64,000 nucleotides of DNA from an uncultured bacterium (GTDB lineage Bacteria > Patescibacteriota > JACMRA01), in NCBI GenBank assembly GCA_963784355.1, contig CAWAQU010000009.1, positions 92,682-156,681 on the forward strand, written 5' to 3'. Below, piece by piece: positions 10,678-24,469 of this stretch. The first letter of the stretch is position 1, and each line of letters opens with the position of its first letter. The translations under genes were made by a program, and so were the position numbers. The notes beneath the pieces were generated by a model. The model saw only the letters and a list, made by a program, of their open reading frames with translations, was not told the DNA's origin and did no database searches.

Positions 10678-10706
10678 TTGACAAAAGTCTGAAAATATAT
10701 ATAGAT
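10678..10706 (+). promoter_or_regulatory. Putative promoter of the 23S rRNA transcription unit
   Basis: TTGACA at 10678 preceded by an A-rich UP-like tract and followed by a TATA-rich -10 region. Confidence 0.6.
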
Positions 10707-10840
10707 ATATATCACTACGATAAAACGAAAAACGTAGTAGATTTACAGCTGGATTCTAATAATAAAATAAACGCACGACTCATTATTTAAATCTTTAAGT
10801 AAAGAGCGGGTGTGTAAGTTCATATACAAAAGTTTACTAA

Positions 10841-13933
<3,093 letters not shown>

Positions 13934-14002
13934 TTATTAAATTTTTGATATTGAAATAAAAACATATTATTTAGAATTCAGCTGTAAGTCTTGATACAAG
14001 AT

Positions 14003-14025
14003 TAGCTCCAAAAGAGCTATTTTTT
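14003..14025 (+). terminator. Intrinsic terminator after 23S rRNA
   Basis: TAGCTC-caaaa-GAGCTA followed by a T-run. Confidence 0.65.
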
Positions 14026-14292
14026 GTTGTCTTAAAAATGAAGATATATTTATCTCATTACTCCAGTAAATAAGCCATTAAACTATAGAATAAACATAGG
14101 TCTCATTTAGTAAGCTTTTGACAAAAAGAAAATTTTGTGATTTTGAGTTGAGAATGTTTGTACTAGACTCAAGAAAATATTTAGAGATTGGTGATATTTT
14201 TAGGATACTGGCTAAGCGGTTCATCCTAAATCTATTCTCCAAACACGTGTTTCAAAGAGGCCTAAAGTTAAGTAAAAATAGGACTTTTTGAT

Positions 14293-15069
14293 ATGGCTGT
14301 TTTACTTTTGAGAGTGGTAAAATATAGTTTTTTGAGATATTTAGCTTATCCGTGGGAAATATTTTTCTATTTACTAAAGCAAATTTTACAAATATTTTTT
14401 CTGTTATTTTTCTGGAGTTTAGTCTTAGGGCCGAATGGGAATATTAGGGATTTAAGTGCATATTTTTTTATTGCGGTAGGGGTTAAAGATTTAGTTATGT
14501 TTGATTTGAGAGACTATGGTAGATTTCTGAGAAAAAGTATTAAATTCGGTAATTTTAACAATTATTTAATCAAGCCAATTCAGGTTATTCCCTACACTTT
14601 TGCTACTGTTTTGGGTCAGAACTTACTCAATTATATTGTAGCAATTTTGTATATAATTATTGGGATATTTATGAGGCCCCCCTCGAATATTTTAGGGTTT
14701 TTGTACTTTGGATTGTTTTTAATCGTTGCTATTTGTATTTCTTTTGCAATAAATTTGTTTGAAGGAGCTTTAACTTTTGTATTTGTGGAGGCTACAGGTA
14801 TTGTTAATTCGATTTACCATGTGGCAAGAATCTTGTCAGGGGCTGTAATTCCACTTTATTATTTTCCTGAAAATATTAGATATTTAGCCGAGCTTACACC
14901 TTTTCCGGCGATTGTATACGGGCCGGCGAATAGCTTGAGGCTTGAAAATATTGTGGGACATGATTTAGTAATTTTGCTTTCTGGAATATTTTGGGCAGTA
15001 GTTTTGAATATAGGTGTAATTATTTTTTGGTATAAAAATTTAAAAAGTTATGAAGCTGTCGGAATTTAA
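14293..15069 (+). CDS. ABC-2 family transporter permease (DUF990 type)
   Basis: About 6 TMs; IKFGNFNNYLIKP and LSGAVIPLYYFP motifs. Confidence 0.85.
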   Translation: MAVLLLRVVKYSFLRYLAYPWEIFFYLLKQILQIFFLLFFWSLVLGPNGNIRDLSAYFFIAVGVKDLVMFDLRDYGRFLRKSIKFGNFNNYLIKPIQVIPYTFATVLGQNLLNYIVAILYIIIGIFMRPPSNILGFLYFGLFLIVAICISFAINLFEGALTFVFVEATGIVNSIYHVARILSGAVIPLYYFPENIRYLAELTPFPAIVYGPANSLRLENIVGHDLVILLSGIFWAVVLNIGVIIFWYKNLKSYEAVGI

Positions 15070-15877
15070 AGAATATTTCAGAATCAGAATTGCTATTCTT
15101 AAAATTGGCATACTAGATGCCTGGCAAAATGATTTTGCTTACTGGGCCAATAATTGGGGCAATATAGCTTCTACACTTGCCTATACAGGGGCTTTTATAC
15201 TCTATACCAATATTTTATATGCTAAGACAAAGTTGATTGCAGGTTATACAAGAGATGAAATGCTAATTTTTACTTTTTTTGCACAATTGGCTTTCTACAT
15301 AAATGGTGGTATTTTTTGGAAAAATCTGGAAAATTTAGTGGAAAGAGTGAATACCGGCAGCTTAGATCTGATTTTGATTAAACCCTTTCCTTCGTTATTT
15401 TATGTCATTTATCAAAAAATCAGTTTGTTCTCACTTTTCAGAGATGCTCTACCACCGTTAATATTGTTATTGTTGGTTACCAATTGGCAAAACCTTAGCT
15501 TGAATCCTGTGAATGTAGTTGTAGGATTTTTGATTAGCATATTAGGTGTAATGATAATTACCATCTTTCAATTTTTTGCTGCTTTGCCAGTATTTTGGCT
15601 TGGGGAAAGTGATAAAATTATGAGACTCTCAGCTTTTTTTGAGCATCAGGCCGGTAAAACTGTTCCACTAGAAGGATATGATAAACTTTTTCAGATATTG
15701 TTTTCTACACTCATACCAGTTTTATTTACCACAGGAATCTCCAGTTCTGTATTTTTAGGCAAAACTCCCGCTTTTGAAATGTTATCTTATACTATAATTG
15801 TGCTCACTATACTTATATTTCTACAAAAATATTTCTGGAAAATTGCACTTAAAAATTATACATCAGCTTCATCATAA
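15050..15877 (+). CDS. ABC-2 family transporter permease (DUF990 type)
   Basis: AGYTRDEM, VNTGSLDLILIKP, C-terminal YTSASS. Confidence 0.85.
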   Translation: MKLSEFKEYFRIRIAILKIGILDAWQNDFAYWANNWGNIASTLAYTGAFILYTNILYAKTKLIAGYTRDEMLIFTFFAQLAFYINGGIFWKNLENLVERVNTGSLDLILIKPFPSLFYVIYQKISLFSLFRDALPPLILLLLVTNWQNLSLNPVNVVVGFLISILGVMIITIFQFFAALPVFWLGESDKIMRLSAFFEHQAGKTVPLEGYDKLFQILFSTLIPVLFTTGISSSVFLGKTPAFEMLSYTIIVLTILIFLQKYFWKIALKNYTSASS

Positions 15878-15879
15878 TT

Positions 15880-16836
15880 ATGTCTGTTATCTCACTAAAA
15901 AATGTATCCAAAATTTATAAAAAGAAAGTAAAAAATGGTTTTATTAAAGGTATATTCCGGCCTGAGTTTAGCTCGATTTATGCAGTAAAGGGGATTTCAT
16001 TTGAAATTAACCAGGGTGAGTCTGTAGCTTTTCTCGGTAAAAATGGCGCCGGTAAAACCACAACTATTAAGATGCTTTCAGGCCTTGTTTTTCCAAATGA
16101 AGGAGAGATAAATATTTTAGGGTTTAATCCTTTTGATCGCAAAGCTGAGTTTCTGCAAAATATCGGATTAGTTATGGGCAATAAAGCAGGACTAAATTGG
16201 GATTTAACTGCCAAACAAAGTTTTGAGCTACTAAAACAAATTTACAGAATTCCAGACGATATCTTTAAGGAGCGCCTAGATAAACTTACTGAACTTCTTG
16301 AAATTAAAAAGTTTTTAGATACTCAGGTGCGTAGGATGTCACTAGGCGAAAGAATGAAGATGGAAATAATCGGTTCGCTTTTACACCATCCGAAAATACT
16401 GTTTTTAGATGAGCCTACAATTGGTTTAGATATTTATTCTAAAAAGAAAATTAGAGAATTTTTAAGGCAAGTACAAAATGACTACGGTGTAACTATACTG
16501 CTAACTAGTCACGATATGGATGATGTGGAAAATGTTTGTGATAGGGTAATTATCATTGATCAGGGCCAGAAAATTTACGACAACACACTAGAAAGCCTGA
16601 CGGAGCAATATAAACAGGAGAGGTATGTAAAATTTGTATTTGAGGGTGCTATAAAGAATTTAGATATACAAGATATAAAAGCCGAAGTAATTGCTTCAGA
16701 AGCTTATTCTATAACATACAAAGTCAATCAAAGTGAAATGCCCAAGCTGATTAGTCTAGTTACCTCAAAATATAAACTAAAAGATATAGAAATTCTTAGT
16801 GTACCGCTGGAAGAAATAGTTATGAAAGTTGTTTGA
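15880..16836 (+). CDS. ABC exporter ATP-binding protein
   Basis: Walker A GKNGAGKTT, signature MSLGE, Walker B LFLDEPT, H-loop TSHD. Confidence 0.93.
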   Translation: MSVISLKNVSKIYKKKVKNGFIKGIFRPEFSSIYAVKGISFEINQGESVAFLGKNGAGKTTTIKMLSGLVFPNEGEINILGFNPFDRKAEFLQNIGLVMGNKAGLNWDLTAKQSFELLKQIYRIPDDIFKERLDKLTELLEIKKFLDTQVRRMSLGERMKMEIIGSLLHHPKILFLDEPTIGLDIYSKKKIREFLRQVQNDYGVTILLTSHDMDDVENVCDRVIIIDQGQKIYDNTLESLTEQYKQERYVKFVFEGAIKNLDIQDIKAEVIASEAYSITYKVNQSEMPKLISLVTSKYKLKDIEILSVPLEEIVMKVV

Positions 16837-16847
16837 TTTACAACAAA

Positions 16848-18041
16848 CTATTTTTTAATCTGAGCAACTACCAGAGCATTTGATAAACTTTTATCAAGTT
16901 TTAAGTCTAGTAATCTGAGATCTGCTTGTTCTAGCTCGAAAATAAACTGGGTTTCGGAAATTAGATAGTGTTTCCAGATAACTATTTCATCCCCACTAAA
17001 TAATTCTAACTCCCTCTTCTCGCCTAAAATATTGAAATAAAGTACATAGTCTTTATCAAGTTTTAAAGTTTTAATTTTTGCATTGATTTCATTGTTATAC
17101 CATACTCTAATTTCACATTTATCAATATCAACTCCAAGCTCACTTAAAGCCCATGTATCTTGTAAATCTGATTCAACACCCTTTACATAATTAAGCGCTG
17201 ATCGGTTTTCTATAGTATCAAGGGTGAAGGTAGTCACAAAAATATCCTCCTTTATCATACCACTTCTCAAATTCTTTAAAATTTGTATCCTATCATCATG
17301 ATTACCCATAGTATTACCTATATGTAAAATGATATTAGATATTTTCTGAGATATAGAACTATTTTCTAAAAAAATTGTGTTAAATCTGCTAGTTTCGATA
17401 TCAGCTTCATAGCTTTTATAAACTATACCCTTAAACCATTCCTGAATGTTGCGTTCAGCAATATCTAAAATTTCCTTACTTAGGTCAATTGTAATATATT
17501 TATTTAATAGACTAAGATTGTTCAATTCAGAAATGATATTTTTAACGGGGTAAGCATTACCTGGGCCAATATCAACTAAATTCATCCTACTATCTGGGCC
17601 AATAAAATATAAAATATCTTTTAGTGTATTATCTAATAGATCAGTATTTGCAGTTTTTAAAAGTGATGTACTGCTATGATAATACACATCCCAAAATTTT
17701 GCACCAGCATCTTTATAAGAATACTTAAGTTTAATCTCCTTTTTAATATCTAAACCGTTAAATATATCAATAATTTGGTCAACGGTGAATAAGTCGTAAA
17801 TTTTTTTACTTATATTAACTCTTTTACAATCAATATTACTTCTATATTTTTTACCATCATCTACAAGCCTGGCTATTTCTGCTCTGTTATGCGGGTTATC
17901 TAAAATTAAAAATTTATCACTGTCAGTCTTATAAAGCTGGAGATTGTTTTTCTGTTCCTGAGCCAGTTGGACCCATCTGGTTACAGTTGAGGAAGATACA
18001 TTGTATTCCCTAGCGATTTCAATATTTTTAAAAGTGTTCAT
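16848..18041 (-). CDS. N-terminal HTH fused to an EgtD-like SAM-dependent methyltransferase
   Basis: FKNIEIAREYNVSSSTVTRWV (HTH); IKLKYSY..GAKFWD, LVDIGPGN, YITIDLS, IGNTMGN; likely start ATG 18041. Confidence 0.75.
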   Translation of the reverse strand: MNTFKNIEIAREYNVSSSTVTRWVQLAQEQKNNLQLYKTDSDKFLILDNPHNRAEIARLVDDGKKYRSNIDCKRVNISKKIYDLFTVDQIIDIFNGLDIKKEIKLKYSYKDAGAKFWDVYYHSSTSLLKTANTDLLDNTLKDILYFIGPDSRMNLVDIGPGNAYPVKNIISELNNLSLLNKYITIDLSKEILDIAERNIQEWFKGIVYKSYEADIETSRFNTIFLENSSISQKISNIILHIGNTMGNHDDRIQILKNLRSGMIKEDIFVTTFTLDTIENRSALNYVKGVESDLQDTWALSELGVDIDKCEIRVWYNNEINAKIKTLKLDKDYVLYFNILGEKRELELFSGDEIVIWKHYLISETQFIFELEQADLRLLDLKLDKSLSNALVVAQIKK

Positions 18042-18309
18042 AAAATTAAGTCGGTACCAGTATAACAAAAAATTTAATTTTGGCAAGCGAAACTCTGTCC
18101 AAGTCAAATCAAATGATTTGAGGTATTGCGGTTTGAACTGAAAATTTACAAAGGCCTATAGTGTAATTATAGCTGATTTTCCTGTACATGTCAAAACTTT
18201 ATTTTTGGGGTTGAAGCGCTAACAATATAAAATCCATTATCTTATTTACAAGATGCAATTTAACAGCTACACTTAAGTTACACAAATAAAAAAATAAACA
18301 AAAATTATT

Positions 18310-18492
18310 ATGATTGATTTAAACACATTTTCTTTTTACAGTGCTTTATTTTTAACCGCAACTATTTCCCTCTCATTTTGTCTTGGTTATTACATGGGTC
18401 GCTACGAAGAAAGAACAGACGAGGACTTTTCTATTCATCACTTCTTATTTGATAGATCTAAAAAAGATTTGATAGTTAAGAGTAAGAAATAA
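18310..18492 (+). CDS. Small single-TM hypothetical protein
   Basis: 60-aa ORF with a hydrophobic helix; TTTACA-N17-TACACT upstream. Confidence 0.55.
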   Translation: MIDLNTFSFYSALFLTATISLSFCLGYYMGRYEERTDEDFSIHHFLFDRSKKDLIVKSKK

Positions 18493-18566
18493 GTATAGTA
18501 TAAGTACATCGACAGGTGTTGACGGAATTTAGTTTAGAGCTAAAAATTTTTGAAAACACCAAACTT

Positions 18567-20405
18567 ATGCAAAATATCCATGATTTAACTAAACTAGTTC
18601 GTTATTACATACTTAAATCTACAACGGTTGCCGGTTCAGGGCATCCTACTTCATCGTTATCGGCTGCTGATATCATGTCAGTTTTAATGTTTGACGGCTA
18701 TTTTAGAGCGGATTTGGAAAAGCCTAACTACGAGAACAATGACAGATTGATTTTTTCTAAAGGTCATGCTGCCCCACTTTTTTATTCGCTATATACTGTA
18801 GCTGGGAAAGTAACTGAGCAAGAACTTTTAACGCTTAGATTACTCAATAGCCGACTCGAAGGGCATCCTACCATGAAATTTCCATATACAGAGGCTGCAA
18901 CCGGATCTTTGGGTCAAGGACTGTCAATTGGGCTTGGAATGGCTCTAAATGCAAAATTGGAGGGCCTGGACTATAAAACTTATGTACTCATGGGTGATAG
19001 TGAAATGGCAGAGGGATCTGTTTGGGAAGCTATGCAAATTGCAAGTCACTACAAAGTTGATAATTTGGTTGGTATAATTGATGTAAATAGATTGGGGCAA
19101 AGAGGGGAGACAATGCAAGGACACAATTTGGATGACTATAAGGCAAAGTGTGAAGCTTTCGGTTGGGAAACTTTTGTGATTGATGGACATAATTTGGCTG
19201 AAATTAAAGAAACTTTTGAAAAAGTAGTTAAAAGCGGTAAGACAGCACCCAAAATGATTGTTGCTAAAACATTAAAAGGAGGGGGTATAAGCTTTTTGGC
19301 AGATAAAGAAGGCTGGCATGGAAAAGCTCTCAAACAAGATGAATTTGAAAAAGCTGTTTTAGAACTTGGTGAAGTAAATACTGAAATGGTTGGCGTAGTG
19401 GCCAGTCCTACTAAGGTATCATCAAAAAATGATTCTAATTACACTAAAACAGAAGTTACAAAATACACTTCAGGTGAAAAAGTTGCTACCAGAAAGGCCT
19501 ATGGGAATGCTTTAGTTAATTTGGGTAAAGTAAACGAAAATATAGTGGTTCTGGATGCCGAGACAAGTAATTCTACCTTTGCAGACGGGTTTAAAAAATT
19601 GTACCCACAAAGATTTTTCGAGATGTATATTGCCGAGCAAAACATGGCCGGAGCTGCTCTCGGGTTTTCCAGGCGCAATCACATACCCTTTATTTCCACC
19701 TTTGCAGCTTTTTTCAGCAGGGCTTATGATCAAATCAGAATGTCCCAGTACTCAAGCTCGAATATTAAATTTGTGGGTTCTCATGCCGGAGTTTCTATTG
19801 GGGAAGACGGGTCCTCACAAATGGCTTTAGAAGACATTGCCATGTTTAGAGCAGTTTCAGACATGGTTGTGTTTTATCCAAGTGATGCTATTTCCTGTGA
19901 AAGATTGGTTTATAAGGCAGCGGAACATAAAGGTAATGTTTATATCCGTACAACCAGAGCCGAAACTAATGTAATTTATAGCGAAAACGAAGAATTTGAG
20001 ATTGGGGGAAGTAAAACAATAAAGTCATCTGAGACTGACATGGTAACTATTATTGCCGCCGGAATTACCTTGTCGGAGTCGTTAAAAGCTTATGAGGAAT
20101 TGCAAAAATCAAACATAAATGCTAGAATAGTAGATCTATATTCTGTAAAACCTGCAGATAAAAATACTCTTATAAAGGCTGCTCAAGAGACAAAAGCTTT
20201 AGTAGTAGTAGAGGATCATTATAAAGAAGGTGGTTTGTTTAGTAGTGTGGTAGAGGCCTTGGCATTGGCATTGGATATTAAAGCTACGCCAATTTATTCA
20301 CTGGCTGTTAATAAAATGCCGATGAGTGGAAAACCTCAAGAGTTGTTGGAGTATGAGCAGATAGACGCTAAGGCCATTGTAGAGTTGGTTAAAAAGATTG
20401 TTTAA
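18567..20405 (+). CDS. tkt: Transketolase
   Basis: GSGHPTSS, SKGHAAP, TGSLGQG, ThDP motif GDSEMAEG...N, IAEQNM, GEDGSSQ. Confidence 0.93.
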   Translation: MQNIHDLTKLVRYYILKSTTVAGSGHPTSSLSAADIMSVLMFDGYFRADLEKPNYENNDRLIFSKGHAAPLFYSLYTVAGKVTEQELLTLRLLNSRLEGHPTMKFPYTEAATGSLGQGLSIGLGMALNAKLEGLDYKTYVLMGDSEMAEGSVWEAMQIASHYKVDNLVGIIDVNRLGQRGETMQGHNLDDYKAKCEAFGWETFVIDGHNLAEIKETFEKVVKSGKTAPKMIVAKTLKGGGISFLADKEGWHGKALKQDEFEKAVLELGEVNTEMVGVVASPTKVSSKNDSNYTKTEVTKYTSGEKVATRKAYGNALVNLGKVNENIVVLDAETSNSTFADGFKKLYPQRFFEMYIAEQNMAGAALGFSRRNHIPFISTFAAFFSRAYDQIRMSQYSSSNIKFVGSHAGVSIGEDGSSQMALEDIAMFRAVSDMVVFYPSDAISCERLVYKAAEHKGNVYIRTTRAETNVIYSENEEFEIGGSKTIKSSETDMVTIIAAGITLSESLKAYEELQKSNINARIVDLYSVKPADKNTLIKAAQETKALVVVEDHYKEGGLFSSVVEALALALDIKATPIYSLAVNKMPMSGKPQELLEYEQIDAKAIVELVKKIV

Positions 20406-20523
20406 CTAGGTTTAAAATTTATAAGTTTCAGATATTATTGGTCCCAAAACTGTACATAATTAGGGCGCAATATAATCGTATCTGGTTTTGACAAGAATTC
20501 AACAAAAAGATTAGTGTTTACTA

Positions 20524-21384
20524 ATGACTAAAAAAGATAATCAATCAATTCCAATTATTTTAGCTGTAGTGGTATTTTTAGCTGTAGTCCTTTTTTACTT
20601 TTTATATATAAGCACACTTAATTTATTTCCCGGTGAGAAGATACAAACTGTAATTCATTGGCAAGATGTTTTGGTAGGTCTTACTATTTATCTGAAAACC
20701 TCCGTTGATTTTGCTCTATTGATAGGTTTGTTGATGAAGCAATTTCCTGGAGTTAAAAATAGAATAGCTATTGAAACTGGTACGGCTGTAGGTAATGCTT
20801 TGGGTACTATTGTTGTACTTACAATTTGGTATTTCTTTAAAGAAGTTGTTTGGTTATTAGCAGGTATGATATTTTTGGCTTCCGTGGTACTTTTAAAATT
20901 AGCCCAGACCAGTTTAGATCATGTTAACGAAGCTGATGAAGATAAAAATGATGGTATAGAGGTGTCGTCCAGTTTAAAAAAAGTGACTTCTGCTCTAGAG
21001 TCTTTTTTGAATCCTATAAACAAGCTGACTGCTCCTGTACTCTCGAAAATTGTACCTGATTTGAGCTTTAAAACAGCCAATATAACCACTTTTATGGGCT
21101 TGGTTGCCAGTTCATTTAGTATACCCTTTATTTTAGGGTTAGATGACTTTGCCGGCTATGTACCGTTGTTTAATGTAGTAAATGTTTTTGGGTTTGGAAC
21201 AGGAGTATTTTTAGGCCATATGGTTTTAAACCTATTCTTATTTATAAATCCTGATAGAACAATTAAAATAGTAAAAAATCCGATAATTGGTGTGATAGGC
21301 TCTATTGTGTTCGTAGGCCTTGCTCTTTGGGGATTTTACGAGGTATTTCACATCTTGGAAGCAAGCTATTTTCACCACAAATAG
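20524..21384 (+). CDS. CadD/LysE-superfamily-like membrane protein
   Basis: Multiple TMs; TSVDFAL and GLDDFAGYVPLF resemble CadD motifs. Confidence 0.55.
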   Translation: MTKKDNQSIPIILAVVVFLAVVLFYFLYISTLNLFPGEKIQTVIHWQDVLVGLTIYLKTSVDFALLIGLLMKQFPGVKNRIAIETGTAVGNALGTIVVLTIWYFFKEVVWLLAGMIFLASVVLLKLAQTSLDHVNEADEDKNDGIEVSSSLKKVTSALESFLNPINKLTAPVLSKIVPDLSFKTANITTFMGLVASSFSIPFILGLDDFAGYVPLFNVVNVFGFGTGVFLGHMVLNLFLFINPDRTIKIVKNPIIGVIGSIVFVGLALWGFYEVFHILEASYFHHK

Positions 21385-21393
21385 ACTCACGCT

Positions 21394-22866
21394 TTACTCA
21401 TTAAGTTCATAAACATATAGAATCAGTTTAGGGGAAAACTCTTTTTGCTCTAAAAGTTTGTAGTTGTATTTGAAATAATCCTCTACTTTTGCTTGATATC
21501 CTTGGTCATAGCTCATCAGTAACCAAACTTTTTTATACTTACTTTCCATTTGAGTGACTTCAGTTTTTAATTCTTGATCATCAAGGTTTGGAATTGCACT
21601 ATTTGCTAGTCTGTCCCAATAAGGAATGGTAGTAACTTTAGCTTTACCCCTATAATAATATTCCACTGGGTATACTATAAAAGGTGCTGAAAGTGCTACT
21701 ACATCTTGATTTGTTGCACGCTCACTTATGTATACAGTGGCTTCTCTAAAATTTTCTTTAGCAGGAGTATTTATGCTGAATGTTTGATGAATAAGACCAA
21801 ATAGCATAATGGCCAGCACACCAAATCTAGCATAGCGTAATAGATTCTGTTTTTGCATGTTTGGATTGTAAAGCAATCTACTGACAATAATATACATGGA
21901 TGGTATTACAAAAATCAAATAACGGCTCAAAAGCACGGGTCTCAAAAATAAGCTAATCAAAAATGCTAAAATAATCGGCAAAAAGCTAACATACAGAAAA
22001 AACTTAAATTCGTCTTTTATACCCTTAGTTTTTTGAGTCCAGAAGAAAATAACAAGCGCTGCAAGTGGCCAGAAAGCAATAATTAAAGTATTTACATAAT
22101 CACTTTGGTATCCAAACAGATACTGGCTAAAAATGTTAAACAAATCTATAGCTTTCGGCCTGGTAATGAGTGGACGAGCGTAATTTTTACTTAGTTGCTG
22201 TATTACAAGGTATATCCAAGGTGCAAAACTTGCTGCGATTAATAGCCCAGTTCCAACTATTTTCGGTATCCAAAGCCTTGCATTGAATTTGTGTAAAAAC
22301 AAAAAGACAACTTCTGTAATCAACAGTAAAAAGAAGAAATAGTGAGTGTATATACCTAATAGAGCGGTGATAAGGAAAGGTATAAATGTTTTCCATCTAA
22401 ATGCTTTCCAAGTTTGTATAAAAAAGGTTTGGTTTAGAATCGTAAGCAAAGTAAATAAAGAATACATTCTCAGCTCACTAGCATACCAGTTCATATAAGC
22501 CGAAATGGTGAGTAGCAAACTGCTAAAAAGCGCCATCTTTTTGTCACCAAAAGCTTCTTTAGCCAAAAAATAAATTGCAGGTATACACAGTAAGTAAAAA
22601 AATACAGACAATAATCTCAAGTAATCAATATTTTGGCCTACAATCAGCATCCAATAATGCAGTAAGATGTGGTAAAAAGGTACATGTACATCGGTAGCCA
22701 CTACACTCAAAATTTTTGGTGCTGAGTAAGTAACTTGCCAAATACTTTGAGCCTCATCTAATCTTAGACTTTGCTTTATCAAATAAGTGTAGTTAAAAAT
22801 GGCGGCTGTTAGGACAAGTATAGCTAAAATAACCTTAGCACTTATATCGTTTTGTTTTTCGGGCAT
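21394..22866 (-). CDS. GT-C fold glycosyltransferase (GT39/ArnT-like)
   Basis: SLRLDEA, DVHVPFY, ELRMYSL, YTHYF; many TMs plus a C-terminal periplasmic domain. Confidence 0.85.
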   Translation of the reverse strand: MPEKQNDISAKVILAILVLTAAIFNYTYLIKQSLRLDEAQSIWQVTYSAPKILSVVATDVHVPFYHILLHYWMLIVGQNIDYLRLLSVFFYLLCIPAIYFLAKEAFGDKKMALFSSLLLTISAYMNWYASELRMYSLFTLLTILNQTFFIQTWKAFRWKTFIPFLITALLGIYTHYFFFLLLITEVVFLFLHKFNARLWIPKIVGTGLLIAASFAPWIYLVIQQLSKNYARPLITRPKAIDLFNIFSQYLFGYQSDYVNTLIIAFWPLAALVIFFWTQKTKGIKDEFKFFLYVSFLPIILAFLISLFLRPVLLSRYLIFVIPSMYIIVSRLLYNPNMQKQNLLRYARFGVLAIMLFGLIHQTFSINTPAKENFREATVYISERATNQDVVALSAPFIVYPVEYYYRGKAKVTTIPYWDRLANSAIPNLDDQELKTEVTQMESKYKKVWLLMSYDQGYQAKVEDYFKYNYKLLEQKEFSPKLILYVYELNE

Positions 22867-22897
22867 AATATTGTTTGTTGTCGATTTTTGTTTTGTT

Positions 22898-24469
22898 TTA
22901 GAAGAGGAAGCTTATTAATTCTGAGGCCTTCTTACTAAAGTTGAAGTTTGGCTTGAGGCTACTTAAGGATAGGCTTGGAAGCTTGTTGACTGCAGCTTCG
23001 ATAAATGGAACAAAGAAGGATATATTTAACACGGCCCAGGAAATATTGGTGATTACTGAAGCATTTAAACCTTCTCTTTGAGCAGCTGCAAAAAAGCCAC
23101 CTATAGCAAGAGCTATATAACAAAGATGTGGCCATGCTAGATAATAAAAACTACCATCTATTTTTGTTTTGGAAGTTACGGCAAATTTAGCCTTTTTACC
23201 TCCTAATACTCCCCAAAGAGCAGTTACAAATATACTAAATGAACTCACTGAAAAAGCCAAAGCTCTAAAAGTGTAATTTAAATTATTTGATAACCTTAAA
23301 GCATACATATTGAAGAATATATAAGGTAGGAATATCAGAGCTAAAGCCAGGGTTGAGGTATTTAAAGGTGCTCTTCCTGTGTATAAATAAGCCAAAGGCA
23401 ATAAAGCATCAATTGCTACCACGATTCCTGACAAATAAAAACTCGCTGAGGCTAGATATTGAATTTTTTGAGCAAAAGTTAGATGTTTGCTAAACAAAGG
23501 ATTATATTTAAAAACTATTTCCAGACTGCCTCTAGCCCATCTTAGTTGCTGTTTGTAATAAGATAAGAAATCTTCAGGAGCCAACCCTTTTGCAAGAATT
23601 TTTGGTACATATATAGATTTCCATCCTCTTTTATGAATGAATAAAGATGTAATAAAGTCTTCTGCAATGTTGGTTTCACACATACCACCTACTTCTTCCA
23701 AAGCAGATCGTTTGATGATCACGTTAGTTCCGCACATGAAAGTGGAGTTTAGACGGTTTTTACCTCTGCAGATAGGTTCAAAAAACAATTCTTGTTGCTC
23801 CCAGGCACTTTTTGTTAATTCATTTGTTAGGTAATTTTCATAAAATTGAGGAGTTTGCACAAAAGCAACCTTTTCATCAGAAAAATGACCGACAGTTTCT
23901 TTTAAAAAATCTCTATGTGGTTGATGATCTGCATCAAAAATTACAACAAACGGATTTTTAGTTTGTCTTAACGCGTTGTTGACGTTGCCTGCTTTTGCTC
24001 CACCGGGTTGAGTACGAGTAATGCAGTTTATTCCTTCCTGCATAGCCATATCCTCAATTTGCTCCCAGTTATCTTTTTTGGCTACAAAACCGTCATTTAG
24101 AATATGTACTTTAAAATGGGGATAATCTATATTTTTTGCTGCAATGACTGTTTCTCTGACAAGTTCTACCGGTTCTCCGGCTACTGTAATAAAAATATCC
24201 ACCCAAGGTTTAAGACTTGAATCAAATTTAGGTTTGTAATCCATTTCCCAAATAGTATAAATATAGGTGATTGTTTGCCAAACATGGAAAATTTCGCCAA
24301 ATACCAGCAATCCGAATAAAATAGGGTCTCCTGGCGGCAGTAAAAATACTATAAATATAAAGTATAATAAAGTTAAGAATATATTTAGAACTAGTAACCA
24401 TTTTGGTACTGAAATTCCTTTTTGATTGTCTTTTCCGAATTTATTTTCAATGAATCTTTCTGTTGTCAT
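22898..24469 (-). CDS. Processive GT2 cellulose-synthase-like glycosyltransferase, no PilZ domain
   Basis: KAGN, FDADH, QTPQ, AED, QQLRW motifs; N- and C-terminal TMs. Confidence 0.9.
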   Translation of the reverse strand: MTTERFIENKFGKDNQKGISVPKWLLVLNIFLTLLYFIFIVFLLPPGDPILFGLLVFGEIFHVWQTITYIYTIWEMDYKPKFDSSLKPWVDIFITVAGEPVELVRETVIAAKNIDYPHFKVHILNDGFVAKKDNWEQIEDMAMQEGINCITRTQPGGAKAGNVNNALRQTKNPFVVIFDADHQPHRDFLKETVGHFSDEKVAFVQTPQFYENYLTNELTKSAWEQQELFFEPICRGKNRLNSTFMCGTNVIIKRSALEEVGGMCETNIAEDFITSLFIHKRGWKSIYVPKILAKGLAPEDFLSYYKQQLRWARGSLEIVFKYNPLFSKHLTFAQKIQYLASASFYLSGIVVAIDALLPLAYLYTGRAPLNTSTLALALIFLPYIFFNMYALRLSNNLNYTFRALAFSVSSFSIFVTALWGVLGGKKAKFAVTSKTKIDGSFYYLAWPHLCYIALAIGGFFAAAQREGLNASVITNISWAVLNISFFVPFIEAAVNKLPSLSLSSLKPNFNFSKKASELISFLF

